64,000 nucleotides of DNA from Bdellovibrionales bacterium (GTDB lineage: Bacteria > Myxococcota > XYA12-FULL-58-9 > SYDY01). The position numbers were made by a program, and so were the translations under genes. This document shows positions 53,874 to 62,307 of this stretch, piece by piece (within the stretch, counting starts at the first letter, position 1; the number at the start of each line of letters is the position of its first letter). The notes under the pieces were generated by a model. It saw only the letters and a program-made list of their open reading frames with translations. It made no database searches and had not been told where the DNA came from. Location: NCBI GenBank assembly GCA_005801425.1, contig SYDY01000088.1, forward strand, positions 21,290 to 85,289, written 5' to 3'.

Positions 53874-54454
53874 TGCAAAAAAAATTAGGGCTCATGATGA
53901 TTTTGTTCTTGTGGGGGTGCGGTGACAATGTGAAAGACACCGCGCCACCAGGCATTCGTGAGATTCATTATGTGTCGAATGATACAACAACGCCATTGGA
54001 ACAGTACAAAGCTTCTGAGGTGGTTGTCAGAGATGATCTTGGGGACTACGAAGTTGAACGCAAGGGACGTGTTGAGATTGTCCTGACAGAGCTTATCGAT
54101 GGTGATTCACTCGAAGTGGTTGACCTCGACAACGATGGGATGGTGGTCGCATTGATCCCACGTCTCGATGTCTTTGTTCTTGAAAATATGACGGCGTCGC
54201 CCCCAGCGGCGATCCCTTTTTCTTTTGTCTATCAATCGAGTGGTTTAAAACCGGGTGCACCACCGGCCATAGTCTTATCGCCTACCGATGCTTCGGGATT
54301 TCCTGCAGATGCGGTGATCCGTTTGTCGCTTCGTTCGGGAAGTATTTGGGATCATGCTGGAAATCGTTTGGGTGATGTTCCGCCGGTAGCAGGTGCAACA
54401 CCTGATCAGGAATTTGTAACTTCGACTGTATTTTTGACCAAAGCAGCACCGTAA
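53870..54454 (+). CDS. lipoprotein, unknown function
   Basis: Lipobox FLWGC. ATGA-coupled to exbD. Confidence 0.55.
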   Translation: MMQKKLGLMMILFLWGCGDNVKDTAPPGIREIHYVSNDTTTPLEQYKASEVVVRDDLGDYEVERKGRVEIVLTELIDGDSLEVVDLDNDGMVVALIPRLDVFVLENMTASPPAAIPFSFVYQSSGLKPGAPPAIVLSPTDASGFPADAVIRLSLRSGSIWDHAGNRLGDVPPVAGATPDQEFVTSTVFLTKAAP

Positions 54455-54468
54455 TTAGGGGGATCTAA

Positions 54469-57400
54469 ATGGGTGGGGGAATGTTCAATCTGCGCAGGGC
54501 GAAAGCCTGGGTGGTATTGTTGTGTCTTGTAGGGGCGCAGCTTGCTGCGCCTGCATACGCAGGTACCACAGGCGCAGTGCGTGGTACGGTAACAGAAAAA
54601 GAAACCGGCAAACCCATGGGCGGTGTGACGGTGGTTGCAACTTCGCCGGCATTGCAGGGCGAAGAAGCGGCGCTGACCGACACGGAAGGCCGTTATCGCC
54701 TGATCAATCTTCCGCCGGGCGTTTACAAGGTGATGTTCATTTTTGTGGACACCACCATCGAGCGTACCAAAGTTGAAGTCAACGTTGATAAAACCGTGAG
54801 CTTGGATGCAGCGATCCCAACATCGGGTGCTGCGGGTGAAAGTTACGTCATTGAAGAGGAAGCACCCGCCATCGATGTCGCCACAAGCACGAACGGTATT
54901 ATTCTTAAAAAAGAATTCATACAAAATACGCCCATTGGTCGTACGCGTAATTTTGAAGAAGCGATGAATGTATTGCCATCGGCTTCTAATGATGAATTCG
55001 GCGTTTCGGTGGGCGGTTCGACATCCCCTGAAAACTCCTATGTGATTGATGGACTCAATACGACCGATCCTGCTTTGGGTTTGCTTGGCTCACGTTTGGT
55101 CCTCGAGTTTGTGGAGCAATTTGAACTTAAAGAAGGGGGTTACGGGGCGGAGTTTGGTCGTTCGACGGGGGGGTTCATGAACGTTGTCACCAAAAGTGGT
55201 GGCAATGAATTTCATGGTTCGGCTTTTGTTTATTATCGTCCAGGATTTTTACAAGGCAACACCAAACAGGTTTTTCGTGCAGGGGAATCACTCGCGCGCC
55301 AAAGTCAACTTGATTACTACATGAATGCTGGTTTTGAATTGGGTGGTCCCATTATCAAAGACAAACTTTGGTTTCACGTGGGTTATGCCCCTGAAATTCA
55401 ATCCATCAACTGGAAACGTGTTTTTCTTGCGAGAACCCTCAATGCAGCAGGCGACGGTGTGATCCGCGATGCCGATGGTATTCCTGTGACATCGCCTGTG
55501 GGTCATGAAACATACAGTTCAAGGGGTGTTGTTCATCAATTTACCACCAAGCTCACCCATGAAATTGCACAAGGTCATCGTCATTCTCTCACCGTGCGTG
55601 GTGCACCGACGACATTTGATGGTGCAGTCACCAATCCCTTTGATCCCAATTCGCCATCGCTTTCCGTGAATGGTGATCCGGACACATTCAAGTTCACACA
55701 ATTTTCGGGGAACGTGGATGGCATTTATAAATACACGGGCGAAATGCTTAATAAAAAATTACAAACCGAAGCATGGCTGGGTTGGCACCATCAGCGTAGT
55801 TATTACAATCCGACCAATGGCACTGTGGGCCAAACGCCCATGCGTTCATGGAATATGGATCGAACATTGTTCGCCGCTTCTGCTGAAAGCCGTGGTTTGC
55901 CTCAAGAATGCATGGGCGATGGATTGACGTTGGCAGATACCAGCCGATGTGTTGTCCAAAATTACACATCGCAGGGTTTTGGTTCTGGTATGCTTCAAGA
56001 TTCAACACTGGATCGCTATACGCAAAAAGCGGCAATCACAGGAAATTTTGATGGTGCGGGTTTGCACCAAACCAAATTGGGCATCGATTTTGAACAAAAC
56101 ACATTCAAAGATACACGGACGTACACGGGCGGTGGAAGTTTTACCTATCGGCCTGGTCCCGGCTATTTTCGCTGGCGTGAATTTTACGCGAATGATGCGA
56201 ATGCGACAGATGCACAGCGCGCACAAGCTGCACCGTCGTTGTCTTCGGACACCGCATCATACAATTACGCGGTATTTCTTCAGGACAGTTGGAATCCCGA
56301 TAAAAATCAGCGTTTAACCATCAATTACGGTTTGCGATGGGAAGCCCAAGAATTTTACGGCGTTAAAATGCACGATGGTCGTGTGGTCTCGCGTACTGAA
56401 CAGCAAAAGGCATTTGGCATTTATGACAATATAGCGCCGCGTGTGGGCTTTGTTTGGGATTTCTTAGGCAACGGCAAGTCGCGTTTCTTTGGTCACTGGG
56501 GCAAGTATTATCAATCCGTACCGCTCGACATGACCAACCGGTCCTTTGGCGGTGAATCACAGCGCATGCGTTATTATTCCGATGGAAGCAAGGTGCAGCC
56601 CGGTCAAGATGCCGCAACACCGTGCACATCCGATGGAACGCCAACGGGGACTGTGCTTGATCCCACGCAGGTCACTGATCCACGAACTCAGTGTACCCAA
56701 TACAAAGTATCCACACTTGGTTCTGATGGCGCCTTGGTTTCGCCAGGTATCAAAGGCCAGTATATCCAAGAATATATTTTGGGTACGGAAGTTGAATGGA
56801 AAAAATGGGTGATGGGTGTGACCGGGATCCATCGCGGTATTGGACGCGTGATCGAAGATGTATCCACCGATGGTGGCAATACGTACATGTTTGCAAATCC
56901 GGGTTCTTTTGATGAAAGCCAGCTCGACAAACTCAGCGAACGTATTGCGCGCGAGACCAACGATTATGAACGTGCACGTATGATTTTGCTGCGTGATCAA
57001 TCCAAAGCGATCAATACATTCCCTAAACCTAAACGTGATTACTATGCGTTGCAATTTCAGGTAAGTCGTCGTTTTAATGAAAATTTCTTTGTGCGAGGAT
57101 CGTATTTGTTGTCGACGACACGCGGCAATTACCCTGGTTTGTTTTCAGACAACAACGGTCAGCTGGATCCCAACTTGACGAGTCAATACGATTTGGTTGA
57201 ATTGCTCGATAATCGCAATGGGCCTTTACCCGGCGATCATCGTCATCGCTTGAAAGCCGACGGTTTCTACCAATACAGCTTTAAGAAAATCCCTGTAGGT
57301 ATTGTGATTGGTGGGTCGGTGCGCGTGCAGAGTGGTGCGCCCATCGATGTTCTCGGTGCCCACATGGTGTATGGCAATAACGAAGTGTTTATTTTGCCGC

Positions 57401-57717
57401 GTGGTGGCATGGGCGATCGCACCCCATGGATCTGGTCGCTTGATGCTCACTTTGGTGTGAAGTATCGTTTGAGCCATGGATTCACGGCAGAAGTATTTGC
57501 CGACATTTTCAACTTTACCAACAATCGTGGAACACTTTCGGTTGATCAAACGTATACGTACGATAGCGTGCAATCGATCATCGGTGGTACCAAAGAAGAT
57601 TTGTTGCACGCGCGTAACGTCGAAGGCACGCCTGTCAAACGCAATCGAAACTTCGGCAAACCGACATCATTTCAGGCGCCCATCGGTGGCCAATTTGGTG
57701 CGCGTTTGATGTTTTAA
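54469..57717 (+). CDS. Oar-like TonB-dependent receptor with N-terminal carboxypeptidase-regulatory-like domain
   Basis: GAVRGTVTEKETGKPMGGVTVVATSP...TDTEGRYRLINLPPGVYKV (CarboxypepD_reg pattern), a plug-like region, 1082 aa, C-terminal FGARLMF. The start may be the Met at 54481. Confidence 0.8.
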   Translation: MGGGMFNLRRAKAWVVLLCLVGAQLAAPAYAGTTGAVRGTVTEKETGKPMGGVTVVATSPALQGEEAALTDTEGRYRLINLPPGVYKVMFIFVDTTIERTKVEVNVDKTVSLDAAIPTSGAAGESYVIEEEAPAIDVATSTNGIILKKEFIQNTPIGRTRNFEEAMNVLPSASNDEFGVSVGGSTSPENSYVIDGLNTTDPALGLLGSRLVLEFVEQFELKEGGYGAEFGRSTGGFMNVVTKSGGNEFHGSAFVYYRPGFLQGNTKQVFRAGESLARQSQLDYYMNAGFELGGPIIKDKLWFHVGYAPEIQSINWKRVFLARTLNAAGDGVIRDADGIPVTSPVGHETYSSRGVVHQFTTKLTHEIAQGHRHSLTVRGAPTTFDGAVTNPFDPNSPSLSVNGDPDTFKFTQFSGNVDGIYKYTGEMLNKKLQTEAWLGWHHQRSYYNPTNGTVGQTPMRSWNMDRTLFAASAESRGLPQECMGDGLTLADTSRCVVQNYTSQGFGSGMLQDSTLDRYTQKAAITGNFDGAGLHQTKLGIDFEQNTFKDTRTYTGGGSFTYRPGPGYFRWREFYANDANATDAQRAQAAPSLSSDTASYNYAVFLQDSWNPDKNQRLTINYGLRWEAQEFYGVKMHDGRVVSRTEQQKAFGIYDNIAPRVGFVWDFLGNGKSRFFGHWGKYYQSVPLDMTNRSFGGESQRMRYYSDGSKVQPGQDAATPCTSDGTPTGTVLDPTQVTDPRTQCTQYKVSTLGSDGALVSPGIKGQYIQEYILGTEVEWKKWVMGVTGIHRGIGRVIEDVSTDGGNTYMFANPGSFDESQLDKLSERIARETNDYERARMILLRDQSKAINTFPKPKRDYYALQFQVSRRFNENFFVRGSYLLSTTRGNYPGLFSDNNGQLDPNLTSQYDLVELLDNRNGPLPGDHRHRLKADGFYQYSFKKIPVGIVIGGSVRVQSGAPIDVLGAHMVYGNNEVFILPRGGMGDRTPWIWSLDAHFGVKYRLSHGFTAEVFADIFNFTNNRGTLSVDQTYTYDSVQSIIGGTKEDLLHARNVEGTPVKRNRNFGKPTSFQAPIGGQFGARLMF
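54529..54551. repeat. GTAG-headed palindromic REP-like unit inside the receptor signal peptide
   Basis: GTAGGGGCGCAGCTTGCTGCGCC, identical to the 50697 copy, read in frame as VGAQLAAP. Confidence 0.75.
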
Positions 57718-57754
57718 ATTTATCCTTTTTTATGTTCCATGAAAATCTGCACTT

Positions 57755-57833
57755 CCGCGCCTCGTCTGGTGCATCTCTTCACGATTGTCTTTGCAATGTC
57801 ATAGCGTGGCGCGATGCACCAGGCGAGGCGCGG
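57755..57833. terminator. 21-bp-stem inverted repeat between convergent genes (possible bidirectional terminator)
   Basis: CCGCGCCTCGTCTGGTGCATC (57755-57775) pairs with GATGCACCAGGCGAGGCGCGG (57813-57833) with one G-U position and a 37-nt loop. No U-tract on either side, so the terminator role is uncertain. Confidence 0.4.
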
Positions 57834-57850
57834 AAACCTAGCCTTTGAGA

Positions 57851-57900
57851 TCCGATGCAGTGCGGTTAAACCCGATGCAGTGTGATGCAATCCGATGCAG
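57851..57900. repeat. three direct YCCGATGCAG repeats in exact 20-bp phase
   Basis: TCCGATGCAG at 57851, CCCGATGCAG at 57871, TCCGATGCAG at 57891. The last one ends at the base before the ffh stop codon. Confidence 0.8.
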
Positions 57901-59547
57901 CTATCTACGTTTTGCCTTTTTCCGCGCATCTTTTTGGGCTTTGCGTTTGTCTTTAAGTTTGCTGCGCTCCATGGGCGTGATGACTTTGGCGGGAGGAGGT
58001 CCCATGCGACCGCCGCCTTGCATCATTTGCATGGCGCGGGCGTATTGTTCAGGGGTGACGCCTGGGGGAAGCGCCATACCAGGACCGCCGCCTCCCATGC
58101 CTTGTGGCATGCCCATACCACCCATTAGTTTTTGCATTTCTTGCGGACTGCCAAACATATCGCCCATGCCACCTTTGCCTTGCAGCTTGCGCAATTGCGA
58201 TATTTGTTTGATCCCCGGAAGGTTTTCGAAGAAACCCGATCCCGTCGCAAGTCCCGCCATCATTTGGTGCATCATCGAAAATTTATCGACAAGATCTTTG
58301 ACGTCTTCGGGCTTGCGGCCTGCGCCGCGTGCAATGCGTTTGGCGCGGCTTTCGTTGATGATCTGAGGTGTTTGGCGTTCGCTGGGCGTCATAGATTGAA
58401 TAATCGATTCCATGCTCACAAATACGTTGTCATCCAAATCGGCGGCACCAGCCTCACCCATGATGGGCATTTTTTCGTAAATGTCTTTCACGCTGCCGAG
58501 TTTCTTGATCATGCGCAGTTGTTTTAAAAAGTCATCAAGGGTGAATTGTCCCTTGAGCATTTTTTTGGTGTCGCGCCTGGCTTCGCGTTCATCGACCAGC
58601 GATTCAAAATCTTGCATGAGGCCAACGACATCGCCCATACCGAGAATGCGCGATGCGAGTCCTTGGGGTCTGAATGCTTCAAGTTTGCCCATGTCCTCGC
58701 CTAGCCCAAGGAATTTGATGGGTTTGCCGGTGACTTCGCGGATCGACAAAGCCGCGCCACCGCGCGCATCGCCGTCGAGCTTGGTCATAATAAAACCGTC
58801 GATGCTTAAACGACTGTTGAAAATAGCAGCCGTATTGACGGTATCCTGACCGGCCATGGCGTCGCATACGAGAAACAAATTATCGGGTTTTGTGCCTGCT
58901 TTAATATCTTCAAGTTCGGTCATCAGCGCATCGTCGATGGCCAAACGTCCTGCGGTATCTAAAATCACCACATCGCATTTTTTCTTTTTGGCTTCGATGA
59001 TGGCAAGTTTGCACAGGTCAGGCGGTGACAACCCGTCTTTTGCAAACACAGAAACGCCGAGTTTTTCACCCAGAATTTGAAGTTGCTTGACGGCGGCAGG
59101 GCGGTAAATATCGGCAGCCACAAGCATGGGCTTGCGCTTTTTCTGCAACAAATAATGGGCGAGTTTTCCGCAGGTGGTTGTTTTACCAACGCCTTGCAGC
59201 CCGACCATCATGATCACCGTGATGGGCTTGCGATACCGGATAGGGCCGGGTTCCTCTTTGCCCATTAAATTTTCAAGCTCTTCGTAGCAAATGCGTGTGA
59301 AGTGCTCGCCGGGACTGGCCTTTATTTTTTTCCCGTCTTTCTTGAGGCTGGTTTGCACCACCTCGCCGATGGCCCGCTCTTTGACGCGATCGATGAATCG
59401 CTTGACCACGCCCACTTCAACGTCGGCCTCAAGCAGCGATACCCGGATCTCGCGCACGGCCTGTGCGATGTTCTCTTCCGAAAGCTCGGTTCGGCCGGTG
59501 AGGGCTTCCTTGGCGTTTTTAAATCCCTTGGAAACGATTTCAAACAT
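57901..59547 (-). CDS. ffh: signal recognition particle protein Ffh with extended Gly/Met-rich and basic C-terminus
   Basis: GLQGVGKTTTCGKLA, DTAGR, TKLDGDARGGAALS, Met-rich M domain. I prefer the Met at 59547 (MFEIVSKGF). Confidence 0.9.
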   Translation of the reverse strand: MFEIVSKGFKNAKEALTGRTELSEENIAQAVREIRVSLLEADVEVGVVKRFIDRVKERAIGEVVQTSLKKDGKKIKASPGEHFTRICYEELENLMGKEEPGPIRYRKPITVIMMVGLQGVGKTTTCGKLAHYLLQKKRKPMLVAADIYRPAAVKQLQILGEKLGVSVFAKDGLSPPDLCKLAIIEAKKKKCDVVILDTAGRLAIDDALMTELEDIKAGTKPDNLFLVCDAMAGQDTVNTAAIFNSRLSIDGFIMTKLDGDARGGAALSIREVTGKPIKFLGLGEDMGKLEAFRPQGLASRILGMGDVVGLMQDFESLVDEREARRDTKKMLKGQFTLDDFLKQLRMIKKLGSVKDIYEKMPIMGEAGAADLDDNVFVSMESIIQSMTPSERQTPQIINESRAKRIARGAGRKPEDVKDLVDKFSMMHQMMAGLATGSGFFENLPGIKQISQLRKLQGKGGMGDMFGSPQEMQKLMGGMGMPQGMGGGGPGMALPPGVTPEQYARAMQMMQGGGRMGPPPAKVITPMERSKLKDKRKAQKDARKKAKRR

Positions 59548-59626
59548 GGGCTCTCCTTGCAGACGTGAGGGAGATCTAATGCTTAAACCCATGGTTTGTC
59601 ACCCTCAGGCATGCTAATTAGCTCCC

Positions 59627-60409
59627 GTGAGCTTACTTAACGAAATAGTTCAATTTAAAATGGCCAATGTTGCCAGGCGACGTGCCCGTTTGCCTGAGCA
59701 GATCTTGCATATGTTACTCAAATTGGCCCCGCCTGTGCGGTCCTTCAAAGAGGCATTGACGGGAAGCCCTGGCCCTGCAGTGATTGCCGAAGTGAAGCGG
59801 GCGTCGCCGTCGCGTGGTGTACTAAGGCCTGACATGCCCTGGAATCCTGTAGGTCTGGCCATGGCCTACAAGCTGGGTGGTGCGCGGTGTCTTTCGGTGC
59901 TCACTGATACACCCTATTTTTGGGGTAGCGATGATGCGCTGGGTGCATGCCGTGATGCCACGGAGCTTCCTGTCTTGCGCAAAGATTTCATGCTTGATCC
60001 CTATCAAATTTTAGAATCCCGTTGGTTGGGTGCCGATTGTGTCTTGCTGATTGCCCGTATTCTTGAACCGGCACTGCTGCGCACACTCTCTGAACTGGCG
60101 TTGGGTTTAGGGATGGATGTGCTTGTGGAAGTCCACGACGAAGCCGAGCTCGATATTGCACTTTCGGTGCCAGACGCGATCATTGGGATCAACAATCGTA
60201 ATTTGGATACCCTTGAGATCGACGTGAATCGTGCTCTTGGTTTTAAATCATACATTCCCGACAATCGTGTGGTCGTTGCCGAAAGTGGGATCAGTTCCGC
60301 GCAAGTGGTACAACGCTATATAGAAGCGGGTGTTAATTCTTTTTTAATTGGTGAATATCTTGCGTGTCATGCGCATCCGGCGAAGGCCCTAGAGGAACTG
60401 ATTACGTGA
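59627..60409 (+). CDS. trpC: indole-3-glycerol-phosphate synthase
   Basis: VIAEVKRASPSRG, LSVLTDTPYFWGS, LRKDFMLDPYQI. GTG start. Confidence 0.9.
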   Translation: MSLLNEIVQFKMANVARRRARLPEQILHMLLKLAPPVRSFKEALTGSPGPAVIAEVKRASPSRGVLRPDMPWNPVGLAMAYKLGGARCLSVLTDTPYFWGSDDALGACRDATELPVLRKDFMLDPYQILESRWLGADCVLLIARILEPALLRTLSELALGLGMDVLVEVHDEAELDIALSVPDAIIGINNRNLDTLEIDVNRALGFKSYIPDNRVVVAESGISSAQVVQRYIEAGVNSFLIGEYLACHAHPAKALEELIT

Positions 60410-61056
60410 AACCTTGGATCAAAGTGTGTGGTGTTCGTACGTCTGAACAGGCCGAGATGATTGCAGCATGCGGGGCAACGGCCATTGGGATTAACTTTTG
60501 GCCTGGCAGTCCCCGCCATGTGTCTGTCCACGAAGGCGTTCGGATTGCGGCGGCGGTGCGTGGTGTTTTGTCCATTGTTGCGGTGACGGTCAATGCCGAG
60601 CCGGCTTTGCTCGCACGCATTCGTGAACAAGTGCATCCCGATTATTTTCAATGCCATGGTGATGAAAGCGACGAACAGGTTCGCGCCATGGGTGCGCGTG
60701 CTTACAAGGCGGTGGGACTTGCCTTACAAGACGATGTGAAGCGTGCACTTGCGGTACCCGGTCCGTTTGTGCTGGTCGATGCAAAAGATTTTGTGCAGCG
60801 TGGTGGTACCGGGAAAGCACCTCCCGATGATTTGGTGGCGCAAGTGTGTACAGCAAGACCCACGCTTCTGGCAGGGGGCCTTGTTCCCGACAACGTGGCT
60901 GCTGCGGTTGCACGTTTTACCCCCATGGGCGTTGATACGGCCTCGGGTGTTGAATCTTCCCCAGGGATTAAAGATCCTGATATGACTCGTGATTTTGTGC
61001 GTTTTGCCCAGAATGCATTGCGAGACGCATACCGTATGCTGTCAACGGCGGGCTGA
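60406..61056 (+). CDS. trpF: phosphoribosylanthranilate isomerase
   Basis: IKVCGV, GINFWPGSPRHV, LAGGLVPDNV. GTGA overlap with trpC; the ORF-track start at 60364 is rejected. Confidence 0.85.
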   Translation: MKPWIKVCGVRTSEQAEMIAACGATAIGINFWPGSPRHVSVHEGVRIAAAVRGVLSIVAVTVNAEPALLARIREQVHPDYFQCHGDESDEQVRAMGARAYKAVGLALQDDVKRALAVPGPFVLVDAKDFVQRGGTGKAPPDDLVAQVCTARPTLLAGGLVPDNVAAAVARFTPMGVDTASGVESSPGIKDPDMTRDFVRFAQNALRDAYRMLSTAG

Positions 61057-61074
61057 TCTTGGTATCATCTAAAG

Positions 61075-62307
61075 GTGACATCTGAAGACATGGTATCAAA
61101 TCCAAGTGGGCCTACCCGAGCGCTTGTTCTAGCAGGCGGTGGGGCCCGTGGGGCGTATGAAGCGGGCGTTCTTTCCTATCTCTATGAAGAAATGCCGAAG
61201 GAGTTGGTGGCACCTGGACGTATCCGCGTTTTTTGCGGAACGTCCGTTGGGGCCATCCATGCAGCCTATCTGGCGGGAACTGCCCATCATGTGGGTGGCA
61301 ATTTGTCGGAGCTTTTGCGTTTTTGGCGAAGCTTGCGCATTGAGTCAATTTTTCGTTGGCGCTTGAAACATATGTTTGAATTGCCGCGCGATATTCGATC
61401 CATGTGGGATCATCGCAGTGGCCCCGGGCGCGGCATTATTATTGAAAGTGGTGAATTGCAGCAATTGGTGGCGAGTTCGATCCCATGGTTGTCCATGCGG
61501 CGCAATTTGCGCCGTGGTTTGGTGAAAGCGGTGACGGTGACGGCAAGTCACGTGGCCAGTGGTCGTACCGAAGTGTTTGTGGACAGCGATGAAGAAAAGG
61601 AACTTGAGTGGACGCGTGATCCCCGTCGCGTGGCGCGCCGATGTCATATTGGTCCTGCCCATGTGCTTGCCTCTGCAGCCATGCCATTTTTATTTCCCGC
61701 AGTGCGTGTGCACGGTTGCTATTATGTGGATGGTGGTTTGCGTCAAAATACGCCGCTTTCACCTGCGCTCCGTTTGGGCGCGGATCGTGTGATGGTGGTG
61801 TCGTTGGCATCGCACAAAAGTTTCCCTGCCATCGGTGATCTTGAAGGGCCGCACAATGATCCTTACCCCGATCCTTTGATGCTCTGTGGTAAAATTCTCG
61901 ATGCGCTTTTGTTGGATCACGTGGATTACGATCTTGAACGTCTTGAAAGCATCAATACGATCATGCGTGACGGAAATTCTGCATTTGGTGGGCAGTTTTT
62001 AACCCATCTGAGTGATACGAGCACACAGCTTCGCGGTGTCCCATATCGCGTGGTTGAATCATGCGTGATCCGTCCTAGCATCGATTTGGGTGAAATGTCG
62101 GTGCAATATCTTGAAGACAATCAAAATCGCTTTAAACGGGTTTTGCGTTGGCTTTTGCGTACGGCTTCATCAACACCGCTTTTAGGCACATCCGATTTAC
62201 TCTCATTTATTTTATTCGATGGTGCTTTTGCCGAGCGCCTGATTGAACTCGGTCGTCACGATGCCTATTCTAATCGTGAACAGCTTCTTAAGTTTTTGCG
62301 GGATTGA
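61075..62307 (+). CDS. patatin-like phospholipase
   Basis: Oxyanion GGGARGAYEAGV, nucleophile elbow GTSVGAI, catalytic Asp in YYVDGGL. Confidence 0.85.
   Translation: MTSEDMVSNPSGPTRALVLAGGGARGAYEAGVLSYLYEEMPKELVAPGRIRVFCGTSVGAIHAAYLAGTAHHVGGNLSELLRFWRSLRIESIFRWRLKHMFELPRDIRSMWDHRSGPGRGIIIESGELQQLVASSIPWLSMRRNLRRGLVKAVTVTASHVASGRTEVFVDSDEEKELEWTRDPRRVARRCHIGPAHVLASAAMPFLFPAVRVHGCYYVDGGLRQNTPLSPALRLGADRVMVVSLASHKSFPAIGDLEGPHNDPYPDPLMLCGKILDALLLDHVDYDLERLESINTIMRDGNSAFGGQFLTHLSDTSTQLRGVPYRVVESCVIRPSIDLGEMSVQYLEDNQNRFKRVLRWLLRTASSTPLLGTSDLLSFILFDGAFAERLIELGRHDAYSNREQLLKFLRD

Noticed and set aside
57718-57900. SRP (4.5S) RNA or tRNA in the gap downstream of ffh
   Set aside because: I see no conserved SRP domain IV motif (GGAA tetraloop with flanking AGC/GCA symmetric loop) and no cloverleaf. 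Only the inverted and direct repeats are reported.
57851-57900. CRISPR array
   Set aside because: There are only three 10-nt cores with 10-nt spacers, far too short and too few. No cas genes are present and no CRISPR-like repeat occurs anywhere in the window.
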